Below are positions 1 to 9,640 of a stretch of DNA of 39,352 nucleotides, piece after piece (the stretch's first letter is position 1; every line of letters begins with the position of its first letter). The notes below the pieces were generated by a model, which saw only the letters and a program-made list of their open reading frames with translations, was not told the DNA's origin and searched no databases. The translations under genes were made by a program, and so were the position numbers. The DNA comes from Phoronis australis (taxonomy: Eukaryota > Animalia > Phoronida): the NCBI GenBank assembly GCA_002633005.1, contig NMRA01000508.1:1-39352 (forward strand). Reading direction: 5' to 3'.

Positions 1-1270
1 CATATCAAAACACTCCAGCATTTAAATTTCCGGGGGGTGTCTGGCGACGTCTAAGACAACATCTCAGTGTTGGCTAAAATTAAAGAAACATTTGACTGTA
101 GAAAAAGTAGCCAAAGGTGTTTCGGAAACCTTGTTTTACGTCGGTTTTGTGTCACCATGACAATATAGACTAGTTCTGCCAACATAGATAATAGCTTATA
201 AGCGTGTAAAGAAGCAAACAAAATCATGGGCTACACTGCATGTACTTTTTATTCATGCCTGGAGCACGTTTTTCACACACGCAAGCTCAAAGATATGAGA
301 CTAAACGAAAACAATTTTTGTCGACAATCTCCTTTCATCGCCGGAATGGACGTTTCAGTAGGCCAGTGCATCTGTTAAACAATGTTGTCCAAGCCCTAAC
401 TCACCCCCTCCCCCCAATGTTTTGCCCAAACAGCCCTTGCTTCCACGCGTGTGTTTGCGCGCCTATTGCTTTAGTGAACCACACCATGAACATGTATGCT
501 AGTACTGAACTGCTGTATTGACATAAAATCCTGCGATGTTTGCTTTTCTAAACCCGTTGTAATTGACGTGGATTCCTGCTTGTTTGCATTGTATCTGTGG
601 AATTGATAGTCGTTTTATTCGTGTTATCAGCGCGAATAGTATCAACTTAAATTGAACGCGAAAATCGTGCCTCTGCGAATGGTGATGCCTCTTCAGTGTG
701 ACGTTTTATCATTACAAATATAAGTTTTCATGTTGATCATTGACATAGTTTTAGAATAAATTGTGTTTTCATAGACTTTCGGTTATTAGCAAGTGACAAT
801 AACTAGGACCGCGAGGATTCCTCCAACAACCTCCATATAAATAGTGCACTCTAAATGTGAACCATAGAGTTTAAGATCATTCCTCCGTATAATTGCCATC
901 CCGTCTTTTTGTAAAGAATTTTTCAAAATTATATCTACTTCAAGTTCTCTATCTCTATTACGCGATGACAGCATACTTACGTTTGTGACTGAAGCAGGAG
1001 TACATGATAGAGACGATATGCGCGCACCCTGTGGGCCTACATGAAAACATAAAAGACAGAGAGGTGTTCGTTTTCTACGGTAAGGATGCAGTACCACCCA
1101 TAAATCAACATCATGTGCAATCTTCTTATAACCCAGAGAGCACACACTCGAGTCAAGTCAGTTACAGGAAGATCCAGTGCTGCGAAATTTATTGCCGCAG
1201 ACGCGAACGTTTGTCAGAAGGGGGCGTCACGGTAGGGCCGGACGTGGACAACAGCGGTGTTTCCGGGCCA

Positions 1271-3452
1271 TGCGTGCCTTCAGGTGGTCAGTAGCCATGC
1301 AGCACGTAGGTCTCGCTGGTTCCCTACGTGCCTAGCCAGCACGCAGGTATCATGCAATGGCACGCACTTTAGCATTGCTTGGTGTAACCTCAGAAGTCAT
1401 TGGTTAGCTTGACAACACCGTGAAAAAATGGCGATCTGTGAACGAGTTTTAACCTTAAAAGTGGCCGGTCGCAGCAACTATTTCGTTTCTGCAATGATGT
1501 TTAATAGCCGCGTGCTTGAAGCTCATACATGTACAATAAACACACATCTGGCCAATTTAATGGTGTGTTATTCAAACTGAATGAATATAGGACAGTGTCG
1601 TAAACTAAAGTCATCGCAGTAAGGTGCACTGACTCCGAAAAGGCGTAAATGGCACAATTTCTAAGATTCATATTTCCTGGTGGACATAAATTTTAAGCAC
1701 CGATTTGTCTGCCCAACACATACCGTGAATAATAAGTTTACAAGGAAGTCACGCATTTCTAAAGATATGCGGGAATTTTCACCGCTCGGCTTCTGAGCGG
1801 CTCAAAGTTTCTTCACCAGGATCAAAGAGGAGCGCCGACGGTCGGAGTCAGGTACAGTTGTGATGACCGCGGCATTGCCCAATGCGAGCAAGACCCAATA
1901 TAGGCCTAATAAGTGTAATTACCCAACCATATAGAACTGTATTAAACATCTCTGACTGTACATAATGACGAATTTTCAAAATGCATTAACCTCTAATTTT
2001 CGTTAACTAAAAACGAACACCCCACGGCGGTATACAGCTGAAAAAATAACAACTAACAATCCAAAAAACTACAACCATTGATACGATTGAATATAACCTA
2101 TACCGAGCGTATTAATATACTCGGCAGATATACAAACACTGATCAGAGTTAGCAATGTCACATACATTCATTTTTAATTCTTCCAATCTTGTTAATCAGA
2201 TACTTGACCCGTTGAATTTAGGCTTTAATGAAATGTTTAATGCACATGTAACGTGGGAAGTTCAGGGATGGGCTCAACTTAACTAATTAAGTTTCGCTGG
2301 TGATCAAAATCTACCACTGTTTTGGTACTTCAAGTTTAAAACTTAGATAAAATGTTATCAACCCGTTCCCGGTAAAAAACCGTGGGCAGAAGCAATAAAA
2401 ATTAATAACGAAGAGCAATATGAAACATATCGTTACTTTGGGAAGTGGCCCTTTGTGAAGATAAACACAAGTTAACCGTTTTAGTCATTTTGTAATATTT
2501 ATAATGTACCAAGCTAAAACTAATCTCCAGAGTTGCAGGCTGTAACTCTGCAAATATCAGAGGAAACCAAGTAGGGGGTTCTAACAACAACCATTGTTGA
2601 GACAGTATTTCCTTTCCACTTCATTAGCTCACACCGACATCACTAATAAAGGTGTGTTATATAAGCAACGTAAAAATTGTATGGGGCTAAGGGAATCTGA
2701 GCGGTGACCAGTGTAAGCGAGAAATTCTCCACGTGAGACCACCTTTACACTTCAGTCCATCAGCCATGATGCCAGTTTGTTTGCGTAAAGCGCTGCCCGT
2801 GTTAGGAATTCGACTAGCTAATCAAAAACGCCGGTGTAAAAAAAGTCAGAGGAAAATTAAGTGATACCTGCGTGTTGGCTTCCGACCACCTAGTGGCACG
2901 CAGGGAACCAGTGAGGCACGCAGGTATCACTTAGTTTTCCTCGGTAATTTTTTACACCGTTATTTTTGATTGGCTAGGAGAGTTCTCAACAGGCAGCGCT
3001 TCACGCAAACAAACTGGCATAACTGATGGATCGGACTGAAGTGTAAAGGTTCTGTTGTACAGACAAATCGGTGTTCAGGAAATGTGAATCCTAAAAATTG
3101 TGGTTGTGCCTTTTTGGAGTGCATCCTTCTACTGTCGATGACTTTTGTTTACAATATTGGTCTGTATGCATACAGTATGAATAACACACCGCCTAAATCG
3201 GCCAAATATGTGTTTATTGTACATGTATGTGCTTCAAGCACGCGGCTATTAAACATGTCACTGCAAAAACGAAACAGTTGCTGCCACGCCACTTGCATGC
3301 ATGACAAGGCTAAAAATCGTTCACAGTACGCCATTTTTTTCACGGGGTTGTAAAAGCTAACCAATGACTGCTGGGGTTACATCAACCAATGCTAAAGTAC
3401 GTTCCACTGCATGATATCTGCGTGTTGGCTAGGCACGTAGGGAACCAGCGAG
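1271..3452 (+). mobile_element. Non-autonomous TIR element (MITE, host copy), split into ~1271-1311 and 2916-3452 by a nested copy of the same family
   Basis: 2916-3452 aligns along its length with 18943-19477 and ends in TIR ...GGAACCAGCGAG; 1271-1311 (tgcgtgcc..aggtggtc..agcca..gcacgtaggt) matches the missing start of the left TIR. Confidence 0.75.
1312..2915 (-). mobile_element. Second MITE copy in opposite orientation, 10-bp TSD, itself interrupted by a ~1 kb insertion (~1719-2736)
   Basis: Termini CTCGCTGGTTCCCT (1312) and AGGGAACCAGTGAG (2915); flanks GCACGTAGGT (1302-1311) and GCACGCAGGT (2916-2925), 9/10 match; 1312-1718 plus 2737-2915 together reproduce the reverse complement of the 18943-19477 copy. 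Confidence 0.8.
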
Positions 3453-3610
3453 TTCTCAATAGAACACATACAGTACATGGAAATATTCACCCGACTTTCG
3501 TCAGAGGTTGACGCAAACTAAGAAAACTGATATTGTCACTATAGGGGGAGCTACAGTAATTCTCTATCCCGTGGTCCGAAAACTAGTGTTGGTCAATGTT
3601 CCTCAAAAAG

Positions 3611-3773
3611 CAGTAGCGGATTTAGAGGGGGGCCAAGGGGGCCATGCCCCCCCCCCCTAAAATTCTCCCAGATTCCATGTGGCTGTTGGAGGTGCGAATG
3701 TCTGACGCGGGGCAAAATCCTTGATAATACTCTGCCGTGGCCCCCCTAACTCAAAATCCTGAATCCGCCCCTG
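3611..3773. mobile_element. Short hAT-like MITE (CAG..CTG termini, G/C-run subterminal motifs)
   Basis: TIRs CAGTAGCGGATTTAG / CTGAATCCGCCCCTG; resembles ends of 23792-26110; no TSD match in flanks. Confidence 0.6.
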
Positions 3774-5410
3774 AATACCAATTCTTAGACTACAATGATT
3801 CTCCCAGTCGTTAACATATTTTAGGAGTGACACCCAAATAAAAAACAACAATTTAGTAGGCCTATACTTTAGACCAGGCAAAGACCCATACAATATCGAT
3901 TGGCCCTATGTCGCGATTTGTATCACAATTTGCATTTTAGTATAAAATGCGGCATAAATTCTGCTCCCAATATAGCTTTAAAGAAAGTTACCTCAGTTTT
4001 CACTTAAAATCAGTATTAAATTTTACACCAAAAATCCCGTTTTTTGTGGTTTTGTAAGTATTCGCAGAAGCTACTGGACAATGAAATAATTTGTGTCCTG
4101 TATGCTGTCATCCATGATCTCAATAGATAACTTGCCATGAGAATATCGTTTGCAGACCTTGGTACACCACAACTAGCCTAGGCGGGTTGCCTTACCCAAG
4201 CCAAGCAACCACTCAAGCCCAATTTAACTGAGGGTAAATATCTTTGTTAGAAAGTAGTGTGCCTGCATCATATTATGGGATGCTCATATTATTGCCAAGG
4301 AAACACCCAAATCAGCCAGCACTTAAAAGCGATTGATAACAGATCTTCTGAAACATACCTAAAGTCAGAGCTCCGGCAATCCCGTCGACTTCAGACGGAG
4401 CGGCAGCTGATGCCTGCCAGAAAGGGCTTGTTCAGCACAGTTTGCCCTCAAATTTGACTGTTTTGTGGAAACCATGGAGATCAGTTAAAAATCTGATGGA
4501 TACCAAAGCAATATTAGAAGATGAATCAACCTTCAACCGTAGAAAGACTCGTTACCCAAGCTTGACTTTGGTACTTGTAAGCCATCGTAAATGTCCAACG
4601 AAAAGTATTGCTTGAGGAAAAGAATTTAGCTATCCTAAAAATTAATTTCTATTAAATGCTTTGTCAGGAGTGTCGTCGGGAAACAGTTCGAATGGCTACA
4701 ATACTATGTAGTCTTGCATTCATTTGATGTCAGCATTGAGGGTTTGGCGAAATACCCGTCAATGTATGAACGAATATTCGACGCTCATTATCAAAAAATT
4801 GATTGGGCGCTTTACACCTATTCAGTGCTCATCTACATGTAATTCATGTGTTCTTACTTCTGATACTTCAAATCTCGTATCTTCGCGCTAACGTTAGGAT
4901 GCGGCGCGCAAAATTCAAATGGCCTTTACTAATTCAACCCTGGACAATAAAGTGACGTAAGATTGGGCGTCACTGCGACGCATTTTTCATGGCTGCCTTT
5001 ATGCAGACAAGTAGCTTTAAGATGCTAGTGATATATTTTTGAAAGATTAATATGGGTAAATTTCTTAAGAATCTTCGGGCATGTCTAGCATGCCTGTGTT
5101 GTCAACTTTTGCGCTTGAAGACTACAGCAGTGGGCGAAGAAGACGAGATTCCAGAAAATGAGGCAAGTAAAAATTCATAAAATAGAGAAAAACAGGCCAC
5201 GGACTTGATTCCCCAGGCCTCTTAAAATGTTTGCGAAAAAATGCGTAAAATTTTACTGCCATAGCCCTATCCAACGACAGTTATGGAAGATTATAATTTG
5301 CAATAGGAAAATCGGTGCACATTTTGTTTAATGGGGCTATTCAGAGAATTCTCCTCGCTGTGTCGCTGCTGTACTAGTGGTGATTGAATTGCGCATGCGT
5401 GGCTGTCTGC

Positions 5411-5442
5411 ATGTGAACATAGATTATAGTCTATGATGTGAA
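5411..5442. repeat. 18-bp near-palindrome flanked by a 7-bp direct repeat; probable P-element-type excision footprint
   Basis: ATGTGAA-CATAGATTATAGTCTATG-ATGTGAA; reverse complement of the right part (CATAGACTATA) is identical to 37221-37231. Confidence 0.65.
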
Positions 5443-5494
5443 CAACTGGTAAAAGAGTGGAATTGTTATCAAACTACGTCGTCGCGCTAAGCCT

Positions 5495-6391
5495 TATTAC
5501 TGCTAATTTCCTTGGTGCAAGTCTTCGACAGGTGGCCACCAATTCCCAAAAGACCTAAGGTTACTATATTCGTGGACAATTATGGTCAAAAGGGTCAACT
5601 AACTGACAAAAAGTGTGTGGATGCTGAAGCCCCGTCTGTGCTCTATGACTATGGTAATATGCAGTTCCATTCGGAGACTACACAACATTTCTTGGTCAGT
5701 TTTTAGCAATCAGTTTCTATCAACATCGTTCGATGATGTTATCCTCACCAGTTACCCCACTGAATAACAGGTTTGTTGAGTGGAACTAAGTGTTTCTTTT
5801 AGGAAACTCAAAGGCCCGATGCCGGGTAGGCTAGCAGCACATGTTCATATTGTCCTGGGTGGGGGAGCTCCCAAAATAAGAGGTGTATGGTACGTGATGC
5901 ACAGAAGTCAAGGGTGACTTTTTCACAGCAGTTTCTCTTCAAAACTATGCTGTTTCCAAAAAAATTCTCTAGAGGAGTGAGTTTCTATATTTTATCGCGG
6001 ACCCCACCCCCAGGACTACCAGATCAGTTATCGAATTAACATGAATAAGCCTTGATTCAGTAAATGTTGTAACATTCCATTGGAAAAAATTGACACCTAG
6101 AATGAATTTTACTTGTTGAGATCAAAAGCACATTTTAAGTGTAATGAAAAATACACATTGTCACTTTTAGCCTGTTTCACATATTTTAATTCAGATATTA
6201 AATAAGACTTGGGTACAAAGGTTATTAGTTTCTACACATAAACCTGAAGATGACACGTCAAGTATGTTCTGCCTTGCAAAAGTAGTTTTGTCTTGTCTTT
6301 TCTTTTACAATTTGCTAATATTTCTCGGACTATTCTGTTACAGGTGAGAGAAAACAACTGAAACCAACCGCCCGACCATTTATTTTACCTT
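5495..6391 (+). pseudogene. THAP-domain remnant of the transposase gene (two pieces separated by an intron)
   Basis: 5495-5660 reads YYC*FPWCKSSTGGHQFPKDLRLLYSWTIMVKRVN*LTKSVW...; after acceptor ttacag at 6343, GERKQLKPTARPFIL resembles the THAP LKxxAVPTIF box. In-frame stops present. Confidence 0.65.
5854..6014. mobile_element. Small MITE with G-rich inverted ends inside the THAP intron
   Basis: CCTGGGTGGGGG at 5854 and CCCCACCCCCAGG ending 6014. Confidence 0.45.
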
Positions 6392-6763
6392 TGGACAAAG
6401 TGAAAAGCAATCCTTCAATAATAACCTGAGAGAATTGAACGTAATTCAGAAATTCAGCACTTGATATGCCTGATTATGGACTCCATCACAATGTTGTTTC
6501 TTTCTGGGCTTTTTCAGTTTGTCATTTGTTTTTAAATACACTGATAATTGTTTATTCTCGAATCTTGTGCATAGCAGATTCTTATCCAGCTAGCTACAAT
6601 TGAAAACATACAATAAGACAATCGATGGAGTCACTGAATGTCATTTCCCCATAATGTGCACCAAATTGAAATTTTTTTTCCAATAGTATAAACCCTTTCT
6701 TGTGAAAGGAAAAGTTAATGTCACTCAGCGTTTGGCTTTCATTTCACTGGGATCTAATTTCAA

Positions 6764-8784
6764 TGGTCTATAGAAGCGCTTGTAAAAAAGGTCCAGTTTC
6801 GAAACGTGGCTTTCTTTCATGTAACCTCATTCAGCCTCAACAACATCTATAATTAGACACTTGAAGGTAAACACAGCAGCATATCACTTGAATCGTTTTG
6901 AGCCCCAAATCAGACCCTGAACTAGACCAGAGTGTGACTACGTCTTCTTTAGCTTCAGTCCCTCATGTTTCTTCCAGGAAAGGAAATAAGCTATTGTCCA
7001 CACATGACTCATTGCCTATGAAAGGGCATCCTCACCAACAAGGCTTATTTGTGTAGCAGTCAGATGTAGTTCGTCTGAATACATAGACAGTCCACTGGCA
7101 CATTGTATTATGGTAACTTAGTACTGCGATTCACATTTCTCCAGGGCCACTGACTTGTGCATTTTTCCATCCAGCACTGCTGGTGTGTGGAAGTGCTGTG
7201 GGAAGAGAACGGAGTAACAAAGCTTGTCTATGATACAGCTTGAAATGGCCTGAAAATGTCACTGAACATGGAACAAATATTGAAATATGAATAATTAAGT
7301 ACTCCAGATTGGGTCACAAATGTTATCGCTGTTTTTCAAAAATATATGCTGACTGCTCTACAGTTTCACATAAAATTAAATAACTACTATTTTCAGAAAC
7401 CAAGGGTGTATATTATAAGTATTGCATAAAACTGTCTTTATTTTTTATTCCTAGCCATAATAATTCTTTAAACTTGTCTGCAAAATATACAAGTTTCTTG
7501 AGACATCTTTAAACCTTTGTTACCCATTCTCAAGCCTTTTTAATTTTGATACTTTCAGCAATTTTAAAATTCGATTACAGGTTCATGGGTCTGTCAAGCA
7601 AACTTCTAGTCTAAGGTTGAGTGAACCGTTTCGCAGACTTTTAATTTTTCTTCCAATAGAAGATATGAATACTTGGGTATTTAAAAATGATGGATAATCT
7701 TTCTGTTGTTTAAGAGTAATTACAAATCGTAAGGCACCATCAAAAATGCAATTTTCACAAAAATGGCTGTCATTTGAATTTATAACGACTTGCAACATTT
7801 CAAGGCATGAGTTAAGACTATTCAATCACTGTGAATTCAGAAAACGTTATATATTTTCATGGGTTTAAAATTGATACAAGTAGCAAAACAGTTGCATGAA
7901 ATCAACTTGAAGGGGCTTCATAAAGGTTAAGAATTACCTCACCATGCTCTTTTCCCCAAACATGTATTACCTGTTATTTCCTCACATTCAGTTGTACCAA
8001 ATATTACAACCCCAACCCTCTATGCCAATCTCCCGCTAAGGACCTGAATAAGTAAATTAACAAAATGACTCAATACCTTTCTTTAGAAATAGCTGTTCCT
8101 TTTCAAAGGCTTTGTTCGTTGTCTCCAATATTGAAAGTAGGCTTTGACAACAGATTTGCACTGACTGGGAAGATCTTGTTGTTTAGCTGCAGTCAAATGC
8201 TAAAAACCAATTTTTGTCTATTCAGGGACGATGTAGAAGCAATTCTCTGCACAGTACAAGCCCTCAAATCTAAAAACCAAACGTTGCGTGAAAACAGACG
8301 TGATAGATCTCCATTTCAACGTTTAATAGATTTCCAGAAGACATATGATAGGGAGTAAACAAATAGTCTAATGTAATGGATAATTGTCATGTACCCTTTG
8401 CCATTGGGCTTGGATTGTAATCTTAACTCATTAACCTAGCTGTATCGAGTTGACAGCCAAGCATAAACATTCAGCAATGACTGGTGTAACTGTCACTGAT
8501 AAACTGTTAGAATTCATTCCAAACAATAATAATGCTTTGATGTACGAAAAGATCCCGATTCATACGTCAAGTATCGTATCACATATCACAATAAACAAAG
8601 ATTTAAACCCGACTGGCGACTGCTGCGAAGTCGACATCGGCGAGCCGGAGTACCTCAGTAAACAGGCATCGGTAGAATAATCATGGAATAATCGTTAAAA
8701 TAATCACAAACCTTACCTTTGTATAAGGTCGTGCTTACTTTCTCTCATAGAAGCACCCTTTTCACGCAATCTCAGATTCAGTTG
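6764..8784 (-). pseudogene. SAP-(SWIM)-YqaJ-like exonuclease gene remnant
   Basis: 8784-8717 QLNLRLREKGASMRESKHDLIQR then gtaagg donor (SAP-like); from 7195 PAVLDGKMHKSVALEKCESQY*VTIIQCASGL...ATQISLVGEDAL; down to 6764 KLKKT*SHSGLVQGLIWGSKRFK*YAAVFTFK...KLDLFYKRFYRP, matching the eukaryotic YqaJ pattern (ASPDGLV, LK..H.YY.QVQGQ, KL..FY...P). Multiple stops and a deletion of the EvKCP motif. Confidence 0.65.
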
Positions 8785-8916
8785 GCACGGCTGCACGCCA
8801 TTTCACCATGTATTTAAAGGGCTCGCGAAATCGAGGCTGCCAATCTATCCCCACTAGTACACGCGCGCCCTCTAGTTATTGTAGATTTTCCGAATAGCCA
8901 CAGTACATACATGTAT

Positions 8917-9222
8917 GTTTCCGATCGTCTGCCCGAGATCATTCGAAAATTGTTGAGACTCAGAGAAGGATTCAATCATTGGGTTAATGAATTAAAGATA
9001 TTCAAAGACAAGTTAAGGTTTACTCTTGAAATTAACCTAAAGTATGCTTGAATGGCAAACTATTTCTGGAAGACGGGAAAGAAGGCAAACATTCCAGTTG
9101 TCTTCTTGAGAAATCTCGGCTTTTCAAGAGATATTCAACTCACCTCGTCCCGGAGTCCAATCGCTCCTTCTCGTGAGCTAATTTCTCCAGTGTGTTTCCA
9201 GTCTTCGTTCCCTTTCCTTGCG
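8917..9222 (-). mobile_element. Possible 3' fragment of a Penelope-like retroelement
   Basis: RKERERRLETHWRN*LTRRSDWTPGRGELNI resembles GIY-YIG C-terminus (RE..W...L...P.GLN); downstream GAAT-GATC-loop-GATC-GGAAAC resembles a decayed hammerhead core. Confidence 0.35.
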
Positions 9223-9640
9223 TACACTGTACTCATGAAATTTGAATGTGATATAAAGTTATTGGCGAATGCACAGAACAAAAAATAATGACAAACCCAG
9301 AAATCATGAAGCATTATATCCGGGCTGCTTACAATTCATAGATCAAATACAACTGTAGTATACATAGAACAATATACATGAAACCAATATCAAATATAAT
9401 TATTCAAATATTTAGATATGCTATCACGAGCATTTCTGTCTCAGATACAAAACACGATAGAGCTTGTTACGCCAACAGAACTGTGGACCGGTGCCATTGT
9501 CACCTGAGAGCGAAGGCACACATATGTTAATTGGCTACCGATTGTGGAAACGAAGTGGCTGCCAGAAACTTGTAGGGATCAGCTGGTATAATGCTGCATT
9601 CATGGGGAAGGCGGGGAAGTTATTTTTTTCTGAAACGGAA

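Larger units (their letters stand above)
5335..8899. mobile_element. Decayed ISL2EU-like DNA transposon with convergent THAP (+) and SAP/YqaJ (-) gene remnants
   Basis: Inverted ends GGCTATTCAGAGAAT (5335) / ATTTTCCGAATAGCC (8899) plus shared subterminal TGTACTAGTGG.GAT.GA; internal THAP and YqaJ-like peptides. No DDE core recognised (probably deleted). Confidence 0.7.

Noticed and set aside
786-1294. ORFs 786-1145 (-) and 1004-1294 (+) as genes
   Set aside because: No recognisable domain or consistent splice structure; the plus ORF runs into MITE sequence.
2738-3050. Structured ncRNA or foldback element
   Set aside because: Explained by two opposite-orientation MITE copies joined at a TSD.
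3084-3364. ORFs 3084-3353 and 3149-3364 (and similar 19104-19313) as a small protein family
   Set aside because: Similarity comes from the MITE DNA; frames and ends differ between copies.
5089-5150. Additional THAP start (HACVVNFCA*RLQQW) after a GGCC.. end at 4921
   Set aside because: Too short, no partner TIR found, and outside the 5335-8899 element.
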